Origin: Candidatus Multivoradales bacterium | GTDB lineage: Bacteria; Acidobacteriota; Thermoanaerobaculia; Multivoradales; JAHEKO01 | DNA length: 64,000 nucleotides | Assembly (NCBI GenBank): GCA_965248055.1 | Contig: CBDFIJ010000004.1 | Coordinates: forward strand, 2,272,001 to 2,336,000 | Direction of reading: 5' to 3' | In this document: piece by piece, positions 1 to 10,313 of the stretch | How positions within the stretch are numbered: the stretch's first letter is position 1 | Layout: each line of letters begins with the position of its first letter | The notes under the pieces: generated by a model | Told to the model about the DNA's origin: nothing | Database searches by the model: none | Seen by the model: the letters and a program-made list of their open reading frames with translations, nothing else | Made by a program: the position numbers and the translations under genes

Positions 1-1203
1 ACCGAGGCGCGCGACGCGGAAGGCAACAATCTAGTTAGCGATTCCACGTTGGTGGGCATTCAAGGCTGGGAATCGTTCCAAGTGAATCATACTCAGGTGA
101 GACTGGCGAAGCCCCTCGAACCGAGCCAATCTATGACCCTGGATATCACCTATGGCGGGCAGATGGCAGCATCGCGCGAGAGCGGTATGGCCTATGTCCA
201 AGAGACGCTGGATCCAGCCTTTTCGATTTTCCGAATCGAGACCTTTGCCTATCCGGTTATCAACCTTCCCGACGCTCAAGGCAAGAGCCCTCTCGCCATG
301 TCAAGTGCCTTTAGCCAGCGGATAACTATCAATATGCCGGAGGGACACGACATTGCGACAGGCGGCAGCAGACTGCTGGACAAAGTGCAGCACGGACGCC
401 GCACGGTGACTGTCGAAATAACCACTCCGAGCGACGTTATGGTCTTTGCCGTTGCTCCCTACCAAACCATTCAGGTCGAGGATGTGCAGTTCTATTTTTT
501 CCAAAGTGATCAGGAGGGGGCACAACGACTGTCAACGGCGGCGGGTGAAGCTCTTGAGTTACTGGCTGACTGGTTCGGGCCGCGGCAGTCATCCCCGGAA
601 GGAATTGCGTTTGTTGAAATCCCGCCAGGCTATGGTTCGCAGGCGATTTTTCCAACCATCATCCAGACCGCTGCTGCCTACCGTGACCCAGCGCGGACCT
701 TTGAGATGTTCCACGAAGTAGCACATCTTTGGAACGTTCGCGACCTGGATACTCCGTCGCCGCGTTGGAATGAAGGACTCTCGACCTTCTTGCAATATCT
801 TGTAGACGACCGTTTGCGAGAACCCGGAGCTTATGAAAGTGGTACCGAGGCTACGTTCCAAACTGCAAAGCGCCTAGTTGGTGACGACGCCAACTGCGTT
901 GGTATTCGCGAGTTTGGCGATTCCACGGTGATGCGGGGGCAATCGTATATCTTGGGTGGTCTGTTTTTTTCGCGTTTATACAATCGATTCGGAGCCGACT
1001 TTATCGAGGCTTACGGAGCGTTTTATCAATCCTACAAGGCGCAAGGTGCGACTAGCCGCGAACTTACCGATTTTCTTGAGCAGCGACTAGGCACCGAAGC
1101 GGCGAGGGAAACCCGGACGTGGTTTGATTCCTGCGACTACTTGGATCAGATAAGAGGAGCCGAGAAGTTCTCTGACTTTCTGGCGGTGGCGTTGTCCAAC
1201 TAG
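1..1203 (+). CDS. M1 family zinc aminopeptidase-like protein (probably 5'-truncated by the window)
   Basis: HEVAH followed by WNEGL (HExxH-x18-E); the reading frame is open upstream of the listed start at 49. Confidence 0.8.
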   Translation, partial: TEARDAEGNNLVSDSTLVGIQGWESFQVNHTQVRLAKPLEPSQSMTLDITYGGQMAASRESGMAYVQETLDPAFSIFRIETFAYPVINLPDAQGKSPLAMSSAFSQRITINMPEGHDIATGGSRLLDKVQHGRRTVTVEITTPSDVMVFAVAPYQTIQVEDVQFYFFQSDQEGAQRLSTAAGEALELLADWFGPRQSSPEGIAFVEIPPGYGSQAIFPTIIQTAAAYRDPARTFEMFHEVAHLWNVRDLDTPSPRWNEGLSTFLQYLVDDRLREPGAYESGTEATFQTAKRLVGDDANCVGIREFGDSTVMRGQSYILGGLFFSRLYNRFGADFIEAYGAFYQSYKAQGATSRELTDFLEQRLGTEAARETRTWFDSCDYLDQIRGAEKFSDFLAVALSN

Positions 1204-1308
1204 CCGCCGTTTTTCTAGGCTGCTACTCGACCAGAACGGTAAGTAGGAGCAATCGAACCGAATAGGCCCATCCTTCCAAACCGAATCGTTTCCGACTCGA
1301 GCTTCCAA

Positions 1309-3204
1309 TCAGTCGGCGATCATCTCGACCGCCAACTGTTGCTGCAGTTCTCCGTAGCGATCCATCATCGAGCCAATGACTTCTGGATTGGTCATGTCGA
1401 CCCCGGCGCGCTTGAGCGCGTCCATTGGATAGACACTGCCGCCTAAGCGCAACATCGCCAAGTAGTCTTCCACCGCGGTGATGTCGCCCTCTCGAAATCG
1501 GCCAGCGATCGCTTCGCCAGCGGCGTAGCTGGTGGCATAAACCCAGACGTAGAAGTTACGATAGAAGTGACTCACCCGTGCCCAACCCGCTTGGTACTCA
1601 GGATCGACGACCAAGTCGTCACCGTAGTAGGTCTGCCACAGGTCAGTGTAGGCGGTTCCCAAGCTCTCTTTGGTCATCGGTTCGCCAGCTTCCGCCATCG
1701 CATGGGCCTTGGCTTCCCATTCATGAAAGAACACTTGGCGCAGAAAGGTGCCGGTGACGTTGTTCATTGCTTGATTGAGTAGTAACTTGCGCTCATCGGC
1801 ATCGCTGCTGCGTTGGAACATCCACTCCAAGAATAGAGATTCGCTGGCAACCGACGCGACTTCGGCGACGAACAGACTGTAGCTGGCGTCGTGGTAGGGC
1901 TGCGCTTGATCGGCCATGTAGCTATGGATCGAGTGACCCATTTCGTGCACTAGGGTCGAGACCGAGTCCAGAGAGCCGGCCCAATTGAGAAACAGGTAGG
2001 GATGGGTATTGTAAGTGCCCCACGAGTAGGCACCGGGTCGTTTGCCCTCGTTGGTGTAGACGTCGATCCAGCGCTCCTGGCGGGCTCGCTCGGCGATGGC
2101 GGCGTACTCCTCACCGAAGGTTTCTTGCCAAAAGTCCATCGCCAGGGCCCAGCCTTGGTCGAAGGTGTATTTTTTGTCGATCCCCGTTAGCAGGTTGGCG
2201 TAGAGGTCGTAGATGTGCAGTTCGTCGAGACCTTGAAGCTGCTTGCGCAGCCCGGCGTAGCTGTGTACCTGATCAATATTGTCGTGGACCGTGTTCACCA
2301 ATCGATCGACCACGGTGCGGGGTACATTGACACCGTCCAATGCCATCTCCAAGGTCGAGTCGTAGCCACGGGTGCGCGCCATCCAAACTGCTCGTTGAAC
2401 GCTGCCTCCGTAGGTCGCGGCAAAGGTGTTGGCGAATTGAGAGTAGGCACCGAACATTGCTAGGGCAGCCTGCTGACGCACCTCGCGATCGTCGCTGGTT
2501 ACGAAGCGGGTGTACTGGCCGGGCACCGCCTTGGCGTCATTGCCGTCTTCATCGGTCACCGTTGGCCACTCGATGCCGGTGTTCTCAAGTGCCGAGAACG
2601 CTTGCTGGTGCGCGCTGCCGGAGAGTGATGACCCGGCCAGGATTCCTTCGACCTCTGGCGACAACAGGTGCTCGCGACTGCGAACCACGTTGTCAATGTA
2701 GTGCTGGTATGGCGCTACCTCTGGATGTCTAAGAAACTCGGTGAGTTGTTGCTCTGAGAGTTGTGAAATTTCTGGATCGATGAACGCCGTCGCCTCTTGG
2801 AGCCGGGAAGCGAACCCTCGGGCGCTTCCTGCCAGTTCACTCGATTCTGGATCAGCTGTGTTGGTATTGAGTCCTTGATGGGCATATACGTAAAGGTCTT
2901 CGAAGTGACGCGAGGCGGCGAATGACGCGTTCAACGCTGTCGCCAGCGCTTCAGGGGAGTCGCCAAGCGTGCCTTGATAGTCGCTGAGAGCGTCAATCAT
3001 CGGTGCCAAATCCGCTGCTGCTTGTTCCCACGCTTCGCGATCGGCGTAAATCGGTGTCAGATCCCAGCGATCTTGCTCGGGGATCTGGTTACGAGAATCG
3101 TAGTAGAGCTGCTCAGCGGTAGCGTCTTCGGCGATTGCCGGGTTGGGCAACATTGAAAACGCGACCACAAGACAGAGAAATGAACACAGGTATTTGGTTT
3201 TCAT
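1309..3204 (-). CDS. pepF: Oligoendopeptidase F (M3B) with N-terminal signal peptide
   Basis: WDLTPIY, GKRPGAYSWG, TLVHEMGHSIH, AEVAS and HFYRNFYVWVYATS motifs. Confidence 0.9.
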   Translation of the reverse strand: MKTKYLCSFLCLVVAFSMLPNPAIAEDATAEQLYYDSRNQIPEQDRWDLTPIYADREAWEQAAADLAPMIDALSDYQGTLGDSPEALATALNASFAASRHFEDLYVYAHQGLNTNTADPESSELAGSARGFASRLQEATAFIDPEISQLSEQQLTEFLRHPEVAPYQHYIDNVVRSREHLLSPEVEGILAGSSLSGSAHQQAFSALENTGIEWPTVTDEDGNDAKAVPGQYTRFVTSDDREVRQQAALAMFGAYSQFANTFAATYGGSVQRAVWMARTRGYDSTLEMALDGVNVPRTVVDRLVNTVHDNIDQVHSYAGLRKQLQGLDELHIYDLYANLLTGIDKKYTFDQGWALAMDFWQETFGEEYAAIAERARQERWIDVYTNEGKRPGAYSWGTYNTHPYLFLNWAGSLDSVSTLVHEMGHSIHSYMADQAQPYHDASYSLFVAEVASVASESLFLEWMFQRSSDADERKLLLNQAMNNVTGTFLRQVFFHEWEAKAHAMAEAGEPMTKESLGTAYTDLWQTYYGDDLVVDPEYQAGWARVSHFYRNFYVWVYATSYAAGEAIAGRFREGDITAVEDYLAMLRLGGSVYPMDALKRAGVDMTNPEVIGSMMDRYGELQQQLAVEMIAD

Positions 3205-3375
3205 TCGGGCCTCCTCCTAGGGTTTGTGCCGACGGGGCTCACGGCATCGCCGGAACATCGTTAGCCAAGTGTACGTATGAAGTTGCAGGAAGTTACCCCC
3301 GTCGTGGAACCTTGTGTTTTTCAAGTACATTGTTTCTGAGGCGGATAGCCCGCAAGAAATAATACGTCGGTCGGT

Positions 3376-4770
3376 GTGAACAAAGCCCTGGAGGTATCTA
3401 TGTCATCTCTTTTTTCCCACTCTCGCTCATTGACACAATTTGCTATGACTTTGGTTTTGGTCGTGACGATCCTCTTGTCGGCATTTCCGGCAGCCCAGGC
3501 TCAGACACAAGACTCCGGAGTAGAAGCGGTGAAGCTCAGTGAGCAAGTCGCCGCAGAGGGTGTGGCCCTGAAGAAAGAGGGTCCTAGCGAGCCGGTGGTT
3601 GTTCCCGAAACGAGTGAAAAAGCGATGCGCTACTACCGTAGTGGCAACGTTCTTTGGTGGGTCAATCTGCTGATTTCGCTGTTGATTCCGGTCTTGTTTT
3701 TGTGGAGTGGGTTTTCTGCGCGCTTGCGCAGCTGGGCGATGGGTCTCGGTAAGAAATGGTTCTTGGCTTTGGCCGTTTATCTGGTCGCTTTCAACCTGAT
3801 CAATTACCTCCTCAATCTGCCTTTGGCTTACTACCAAGGGTTCGTCCGTCAACACGCCTACGACCTTTCCAACCAAGCTTTCAGCAAGTGGATGGGTGAC
3901 TCGGTCAAAGGACTGGGGGTGGGACTGATCATGGCGGTGCTGTTTACCTGGATTCCTTATTTGTTAATCCGCAAAAGCCCACGACGCTGGTGGCTCTATA
4001 CCGGCCTGGGTGTGGCGCCGTTTTTTTTCTTGGTCAACATGATCGCTCCGATTTGGATTGCCCCGCTGTTCAATGAATTCGGCCCAATGAAGAATCAAGC
4101 ACTGGAAGCCCAAATTTTGAATCTGGCAGACCGCGCCGGAATCGAGGGTAGCCGGGTTTTTGAGGTCAACAAGAGTGTCGACACCGAGGCGGTCAATGCC
4201 TACGTTTCCGGGTTCATGGGAACTAAGCGGATCGTTCTTTGGGACACCATCATCGAAAAGCTGTCCGAGGAGGAGTTGCTGTTTGTCATGGGGCATGAAA
4301 TGGGCCACTACAAGCTGGGCCATATCATTGCTTTGACACTGCTCATTTCCGCGATGACGATGCTTGGTTTGTACTTGATCTATCGGGTTTCCGGGGGGCT
4401 GATCGCCAAGTATCGACACCGTTTCGGCTTCAGCGAGCTGGGAGACTTCGCCTCGCTGCCACTGTTATCGTTGCTACTCGGTCTGTTCTTCTTCATCCTG
4501 ACGCCGGGTTTCTTAACCATCAGTCGTCACTATGAGCACGAAGCGGATCGCTTTGGCTTGGAGCTGACGCACGACAACTATGCTGCGGCGACGGCGTTCG
4601 TCAAACTGCAGGAAGAAAATCTGGGTAACCCCTACCCGGGGCCGCTTTACAAACTGTGGAGATCCGGTCATCCGCCCCTTGGCGAACGGATCCAATTCTG
4701 CAATGAGTACCGTCCGTGGGAGACCGGCGACCCGTTACGTTACGGTGATCGATTCCGAGATTCTGAGTAG
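3376..4770 (+). CDS. M48 family (Ste24/HtpX-like) membrane zinc metalloprotease, copy 1
   Basis: NAYVSG, GHEMGH, EHEAD and HPPLGERI motifs; multiple TM segments; start may be the ATG at 3400. Confidence 0.9.
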   Translation: MNKALEVSMSSLFSHSRSLTQFAMTLVLVVTILLSAFPAAQAQTQDSGVEAVKLSEQVAAEGVALKKEGPSEPVVVPETSEKAMRYYRSGNVLWWVNLLISLLIPVLFLWSGFSARLRSWAMGLGKKWFLALAVYLVAFNLINYLLNLPLAYYQGFVRQHAYDLSNQAFSKWMGDSVKGLGVGLIMAVLFTWIPYLLIRKSPRRWWLYTGLGVAPFFFLVNMIAPIWIAPLFNEFGPMKNQALEAQILNLADRAGIEGSRVFEVNKSVDTEAVNAYVSGFMGTKRIVLWDTIIEKLSEEELLFVMGHEMGHYKLGHIIALTLLISAMTMLGLYLIYRVSGGLIAKYRHRFGFSELGDFASLPLLSLLLGLFFFILTPGFLTISRHYEHEADRFGLELTHDNYAAATAFVKLQEENLGNPYPGPLYKLWRSGHPPLGERIQFCNEYRPWETGDPLRYGDRFRDSE

Positions 4771-4988
4771 AGACAGCAGTACTTTTCATGCGGGTCGATT
4801 TCGTCTTTTACGTTGGTCTTCTTTCTCTTGACCTAGGCTTACATTGAAGTATCTTGGGAGTCGCAGCACCACGAAAGGTGAGTGTAGGCACGTTGAGCAA
4901 CCTCCGCGAAGCTGCTAGCTTGTTGAGGCACACGTCAGGATCTGGTGCCTGGAGGGCGCCAGGACTTAACTACGGTCGCGGAGGGGAT

Positions 4989-6362
4989 ATGCACAGTACA
5001 TCAAACTCAATGCCGCACGGTCGAACCCTGATTCGGTCCCTGGTGGTCCTTGTGGTGATCGCTCTGTCGGGTCTGGCCCCAGTGGCCGTCGGCCAAGTTT
5101 CCACCGAGAAACAAGAGCAAAGCAACGCTGCAGTAGAGGCCGTTGAAGTGGGAGCTACGCTTGTGGCCGACGCGCCTGACGACCGGGTGATTGTGCCACC
5201 GGCGTCTGAAAAAACGCTCAACTACTACAAGAGCGGTAATGTTCTCTGGATTGTCGGTGTCTTAGTCGGCCTTTTGATTCCAGCTCTTTTTCTCTGGACC
5301 GGGCTTTCTGCGCGCTTGCGTACCTGGGCGATTGGTTTCGGGCGCTGGTGGTTCTTCGCATTGGCTATCTACTTGGTGGGATACAACGCCATCAGTTATC
5401 TCCTGAAGCTACCTCTGGCCTACTACGGAGGATTTGTTCGTCAGCACGCCTACGATCTTTCGAATCAAACGTTAGCCAAGTGGTTGGGAGACTCAGTCAA
5501 AGGCCTTGCCGTAAGTACCATTATTGCAACATTGACCATTTGGCTGGTTTATCTCTTGATCCGCAAGAGTCCAACTCGATGGTGGCTCTACGCTGGGCTT
5601 GCGGTGATTCCGTTCATCTTTGTCATCAACATGATCGCGCCGATATGGATTGCGCCGATGTTTAACGACTTTGGCCCGATGCAGGACAAGCAGCTTGAGT
5701 CCCAAATTCTTGCCCTCGCGGATCGCGTTGGTATCGAAGACAGCCGGGTCTTTGAGGTTGACAAGAGTGTTGATACAGAACGAGTGAATGCCTATGTCAG
5801 TGGTTTTCTTGGAACCAAGAGGATTGTTTTGTGGGATACGGCCATCGAAAAGCTCGATGCAGGTGCGATTCTCTTTGTCGTTGGGCACGAAATGGGCCAC
5901 TACCTATTGAGCCACGTTGTTGTGTTGGTGTTTCTGATGTCCGCAATCGCGATGCTCGGGTTTTACTTTATTTACAGAGTTTCCGACGGGCTAATTAGAC
6001 GGCATGAGAAGCGTTTCGGCTTCTCCAAGTTAGGCGACTTTGCTTCTCTGCCGCTTTTGTTTCTCTTGATGAATATGTACTTCTTTTTTGCCAGCCCAGG
6101 CCTCAATGCCTACACCAGGTATATGGAACGCGAGGCCGATCGTTTCGGGCTTGAGCTGACCCGCAACAATCAGGCGGCAGCCGAAGGATTCGTCAAGGTA
6201 CAGACGGAGAATCTTTACAATCCCTACCCCGGACCGTTTTACAAACTGTGGAGATCCGGTCACCCACCCCTAGGCGAGCGGGTCCAGTTCTGCAATGAGT
6301 ACCGTCCGTGGGAGACCGGCGAACCGTTACGTTACGGTGATCGATTCCGAGATTCTGAGTAG
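4989..6362 (+). CDS. M48 family membrane zinc metalloprotease, copy 2 (tandem paralog)
   Basis: Same motifs (GHEMGH, EREAD, HPPLGERV); GGAGG RBS before the ATG at 4989; listed ORF starts at 4854. Confidence 0.88.
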   Translation: MHSTSNSMPHGRTLIRSLVVLVVIALSGLAPVAVGQVSTEKQEQSNAAVEAVEVGATLVADAPDDRVIVPPASEKTLNYYKSGNVLWIVGVLVGLLIPALFLWTGLSARLRTWAIGFGRWWFFALAIYLVGYNAISYLLKLPLAYYGGFVRQHAYDLSNQTLAKWLGDSVKGLAVSTIIATLTIWLVYLLIRKSPTRWWLYAGLAVIPFIFVINMIAPIWIAPMFNDFGPMQDKQLESQILALADRVGIEDSRVFEVDKSVDTERVNAYVSGFLGTKRIVLWDTAIEKLDAGAILFVVGHEMGHYLLSHVVVLVFLMSAIAMLGFYFIYRVSDGLIRRHEKRFGFSKLGDFASLPLLFLLMNMYFFFASPGLNAYTRYMEREADRFGLELTRNNQAAAEGFVKVQTENLYNPYPGPFYKLWRSGHPPLGERVQFCNEYRPWETGEPLRYGDRFRDSE

Positions 6363-6450
6363 ATCCTAGGCTGAGACGATTTTGCGATCGCCCACTTGAG
6401 TTAAGCAATTTCCAGCGGAGTAGCTGGGACCTCGATTCTCGCTGAGCCGC

Positions 6451-6957
6451 CTAGAATTCAGTCTTTTGGATCGTTTGGTGGATCTCGTTGACCTGCATCA
6501 AAGCGGCTGAGGCGTAGAGCTTGGTCATTTCATAGACGAAGATCCCGGCTTCGACGGTTGGATCTGTCTTGATGAGCGCTTCGGCCTTGTCAAGAGTTCC
6601 CGCGTTGAGTACCAGAATTCCGCGCATTGGTGCACGGTCCATTAGTGGTCCGGCCACAGCCAATTTCCCTTCTTCGGCGAGTCGGCCCATGTTGGCGAAA
6701 TGCCCCGAGAACAAGGCTTGGCGCTCCTCTGGGTCGGTGATTTTTGAGTCCGCGGGACCGGTTTTCAAGATCACCAGTACGTAGGACTTCATGCCGTATT
6801 GGTCTGCCCCCAGTTGCTCTGCCAGTTGTTGGTCGTAGACCTTCTGTGAGGGATGGTCTACCTTGATCGGATCGGAAGCAAGAAGAGGAGAGACGGCGAC
6901 CATCAATAGAACGGCAGATAGGAATTTCATTTTAGTCATCACGATTCTCGGTTTCAA
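6451..6957 (-). CDS. YciI family protein with signal peptide
   Basis: LGADQYGMKSYVLVILKTG, GHFANM, GKLAVAGP and DPTVEAG are typical of secreted YciI-like proteins. Confidence 0.8.
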   Translation of the reverse strand: MKPRIVMTKMKFLSAVLLMVAVSPLLASDPIKVDHPSQKVYDQQLAEQLGADQYGMKSYVLVILKTGPADSKITDPEERQALFSGHFANMGRLAEEGKLAVAGPLMDRAPMRGILVLNAGTLDKAEALIKTDPTVEAGIFVYEMTKLYASAALMQVNEIHQTIQKTEF

Positions 6958-7017
6958 AGATTTGTAGTGCCGGGCATTGCCAGCGCGAGACGCGACCTCA
7001 ACCGCAGCACTATTGGG

Positions 7018-8610
7018 CTAGATCGCCTGACCGGGCTCCAAGAAGCTGGTGCAGGTGGCGCGGGCGTCGCTTTCTGGGTCGAGAGCGGCATGATCGCAAC
7101 GGCTGGTCACCGCGTCGCGTGCCGCAGAGATCACCTCTTGTCGTTCGGCGTCGCCCTCAGCCCACTCCAGCATTGCGGTGGACAAACGGGCCCAGCTGTG
7201 ACGGTTGCGGCCGGAAAAAGCTGAATCGTCGACCAAGTGCTCGTCGGCCAGTGCCAAGGAATCTCGACGCACCGACTCTAAGTTTTCTGGAGTGATTTCC
7301 ATCAGGGTGCGAATGAACCCGGCGCCGCGTTGCAGCCTTGTCGCTGGACCGGTCGCGGTGTCCCAACCCTTGCGGTACCACTTCATGGCTTCTTCGGTGT
7401 TCCCGGCGTCGTTTTCCAGCCAGCCAATCCAAGACATGTAGTAGTAAGGCGCTACCGCGTCATCAACCCGATTCTTGAGTAGTTCGATTGCTTCGCCTTT
7501 GAGGCCTGAATCGCGAAGCAAGTGAGCCATAGAGTTCATCACCGACTGGAGTTCGTTGGGGTTGGTGGTCCGATCGTTGCCCCATTGAACTTTCTCACGC
7601 ACCGCCTTCAGGAGTTCTTCGGGGAGCTCTTCTTCTTCCTTCGCGGCCAGTTGTGCAGCGCTGATGCGTGGCCGAAACGCTGCGATTCTCTCCGCGGTGG
7701 TCAGCGATTCATCCGCCTCGACCGTGGTTGCGACCTGTAGCCATTGCTGAATCAACTGATCGCGTTGTTCGCCTTCCTCTGTGAGCAGCGGAGCGACCGT
7801 GTCCAAGCCATAAGCGAACAACCACCAATTGCTGTTACGCAGGGCCGGGTCGTTGATCAAAGCGGTGGTCTCCGCCAGAAGCTGAGACCGTTCTTCCTCT
7901 TCGACCTGGACTTCCTCTTGAGCATCCAAGGTGTCGATATACAGGGCGAGAAAGCGGCTGCGTTCGAGTTGGTACTCGGTTGGTGTCTCGGACCATAGTC
8001 GGCGCGCTACTGCCAGATCCTCCTCGGAGGCATAGTCGAAGTCCGAGTCCTGGCCCCAGGAGTGATAGGCAAGCTGCCCGAGGTCGTTACGGTCGGCGTT
8101 GCCGGGACCGGTTTCCAGGACACTCGCGACCACTTCCTGGATTGGGCTGGTTGCCGCCAAGGCCAGATCCAGCACCTCGGTGTATTCTGCGATCGGCACA
8201 TCCGAGGACATGCGTAGAACTTCGTTGCCGTCCGGTTCCAGAATGATCACCGTGGGATAGCCATTGATGTCGAGCTTCTCGCCCCAAATTTGTGCCCGTT
8301 CAGTATCTCCGTCGAGGTAGACCGGGACGAACAGCTTGCTCTTGGCGACGAACTCCGGCTTGGTAAAGATCTTGTCCTTGAGATAGTGGCACGGTGGGCA
8401 CCAGACGGCGCCCCAATACAGGAACACAGGCTTGCGGGATTCTTTAGCGTAGGCGAACGCTTCCTCCACAGAGCCGTCGAACCAAGCGATCTGTTCCGCG
8501 CTAGCTTCGTCGTGCTCCGTCGTGGAATCAGAGACTCCTTGACAGCTGATAACAGCCAGGGACAAGGTCAAGAACAGCGCCGAAATGACGCGAGGTTGGG
8601 TCGAAAGCAT
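7018..8610 (-). CDS. Thioredoxin-fold lipoprotein with helical/TPR-like C-terminus
   Basis: KPVFLYWGAVWCPPC and GYPT; lipobox-like AVISC; likely start MLSTQPR (listed ORF extends to 8763). Confidence 0.75.
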   Translation of the reverse strand: MLSTQPRVISALFLTLSLAVISCQGVSDSTTEHDEASAEQIAWFDGSVEEAFAYAKESRKPVFLYWGAVWCPPCHYLKDKIFTKPEFVAKSKLFVPVYLDGDTERAQIWGEKLDINGYPTVIILEPDGNEVLRMSSDVPIAEYTEVLDLALAATSPIQEVVASVLETGPGNADRNDLGQLAYHSWGQDSDFDYASEEDLAVARRLWSETPTEYQLERSRFLALYIDTLDAQEEVQVEEEERSQLLAETTALINDPALRNSNWWLFAYGLDTVAPLLTEEGEQRDQLIQQWLQVATTVEADESLTTAERIAAFRPRISAAQLAAKEEEELPEELLKAVREKVQWGNDRTTNPNELQSVMNSMAHLLRDSGLKGEAIELLKNRVDDAVAPYYYMSWIGWLENDAGNTEEAMKWYRKGWDTATGPATRLQRGAGFIRTLMEITPENLESVRRDSLALADEHLVDDSAFSGRNRHSWARLSTAMLEWAEGDAERQEVISAARDAVTSRCDHAALDPESDARATCTSFLEPGQAI

Positions 8611-8781
8611 GACGATCTCCGATAAGTCTGGTTTGTGGGCTGCCGGGATCGGAATCCTAGATCCCCCGCAGGGTACCCATTGTACGGAAATAGCGTTGCG
8701 ATGGCTTGCCCGAAGTTTGGCTCTAGCTATGAGTAGGAATAAGCTGGTGTGGCCGAAAACCACCGTGAACGGAGTAAGACT

Positions 8782-9101
8782 ATGATCTTTCGACAGATAG
8801 TTGACTCGCGTTTGGCCCAGTATGCGTATCTACCGAGATTGTGCTCTTGGCCGTTCGCGGCGCGGCTAAGCTCGCCACCGGTGATGTTCCGGACGCGGTT
8901 AACATAGCGCCATACTCGCCTTCTGGCACCCAGGATCAACGAAATCCCCCAGGCCGACCAGTTGGCGGTGCATTGCGAGATGGGAGGGAGAGAAAGCTGG
9001 CGGTGTCGTACTTGGAGCACAGCGGAATGACGCCAATTCTCATCACCGAGGTTTTTCCCCAGTGGTGGCATGAGCGAAAGAAAACTTCCTCGGCGGCATA
9101 G
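8782..9101 (+). pseudogene. Remnant of an MBL-fold hydrolase/rhodanese fusion gene (large internal deletion, frameshifts)
   Basis: RBS plus ATG encoding MIFRQIVDSRLAQYAYL (MBL-type N-terminus), joined to rhodanese fragments (VRGAAKLATGDVPDAVNI; AVHCEMGGR in another frame; AVSYLEHSG). Confidence 0.6.
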
Positions 9102-9205
9102 CAGGATATCTGTGAAACCCCATGGGAATATCGTAAACTCGCTCGAGCCGATTTGGCCCAGGGTGAATTCTTGAAACAGAACCGAATCACCGACGGAAAC
9201 GAGGA

Positions 9206-9601
9206 GTGAAGATGATGCACAAGGAAAATCCGCAACGAATGGCTTTAGCAGCAATGCTCGGTGTTCTGGTCTTAACCGTGGTCGCAGCTGCTTGCGGTGG
9301 CGGTGGCAGTTCAGCCTCTGGTGGTGGCGATCTCGCCGCTGGCAAGGCGCTATTTGGCAAAAACTGCGCCACCTGCCACGGCCTCAACGGAGAAGGTGTC
9401 CCCAACCTGGGTAAGGACATGCGCGGCAACCAATGGATCAAGGATCAATCTGACGCCGAGTTGGTTCAGTTCCTCACGGACGGTCGCAAGGGTTCGGATC
9501 CACTCAATGTCACCGGTATCGATATGCCGCCCAAGGGTGGCAACGCGAAGCTGACCGATGCAGATCTGGAGAAAATCGTCGAGTTCATGCGCACCTTGTA
9601 A
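9206..9601 (+). CDS. Monoheme cytochrome c lipoprotein
   Basis: CATCH heme motif, distal MPPKGG, lipobox AAAC. Confidence 0.9.
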   Translation: MKMMHKENPQRMALAAMLGVLVLTVVAAACGGGGSSASGGGDLAAGKALFGKNCATCHGLNGEGVPNLGKDMRGNQWIKDQSDAELVQFLTDGRKGSDPLNVTGIDMPPKGGNAKLTDADLEKIVEFMRTL

Positions 9602-9611
9602 GGGCTGGACG

Positions 9612-9719
9612 ATGAGTGAACAGGAACACCGTCCCACTGGCGCATTGGTTTGGATCGCGCTGTACATGGTTCTTTTGGCGCTGGGTTGGCTCAACGTCTA
9701 TTTGAGACTTTGGTTCTAG
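9612..9719 (+). CDS. cbaD: ba3-type cytochrome c oxidase subunit IIa (35 aa, absent from the ORF track)
   Basis: Translates to MSEQEHRPTGALVWIALYMVLLALGWLNVYLRLWF; single TM with the PxGA...W..VY pattern of Thermus subunit IIa; lies directly upstream of subunit II. Confidence 0.8.
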   Translation: MSEQEHRPTGALVWIALYMVLLALGWLNVYLRLWF

Positions 9720-9785
9720 CCCTGGAGAGTTTGCGACCCTGAGGGTGGCGGGCGGTAGCTGAGTTGCGTAAGGAGGGCATCAGCA

Positions 9786-10313
9786 TTGAAAAAACATACT
9801 CTTTTTGAACTGGCCTGGATCCTGCCGAGCTTGGCGCTGCCATTCGGTATCTTGGTGGCGATCTTGGTCACGGTGTTTGGCGTCGGCATGCACGTGCCCT
9901 CCGCCCACAGCCGAATCGATCCAAAACAAGCGGCAACTACAGCTCCGTTCGACCAGTTAGGCGTATTCAAAACCGGGTACATGACCTACGAGGCCCGCAT
10001 GCTGGCGCGCACTTGGTCCTTCGATCCAGCTGAAATACGGGTACCGGTTGGCTCTGAAGTGACCTTTGTGGTGACCAGCCTGGATTTGGTGCATGGGATG
10101 TTGATCGACGACCCCAACGTAAACGTAATGTTGATTCCCGGCGAGGTAGCGCGAGTAAAAGCGATCTTCGACAAAGCCGGCGAGTACCCAATTATTTGTC
10201 ACGAATACTGCGGCATCGCTCATCAAACGATGTGGGCGCGGGTGATTGTGGAACCCGCGGTCAATGCATCTTTGAACCTAGAAGAAGGAGTTGAGGGTCA
10301 TGCAGCACGCTGA
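9786..10313 (+). CDS. cbaB: ba3-type cytochrome c oxidase subunit II (CuA)
   Basis: DLVHG...CHEYCGIAHQTM CuA motif; one N-terminal TM. Confidence 0.93.
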   Translation: MKKHTLFELAWILPSLALPFGILVAILVTVFGVGMHVPSAHSRIDPKQAATTAPFDQLGVFKTGYMTYEARMLARTWSFDPAEIRVPVGSEVTFVVTSLDLVHGMLIDDPNVNVMLIPGEVARVKAIFDKAGEYPIICHEYCGIAHQTMWARVIVEPAVNASLNLEEGVEGHAAR

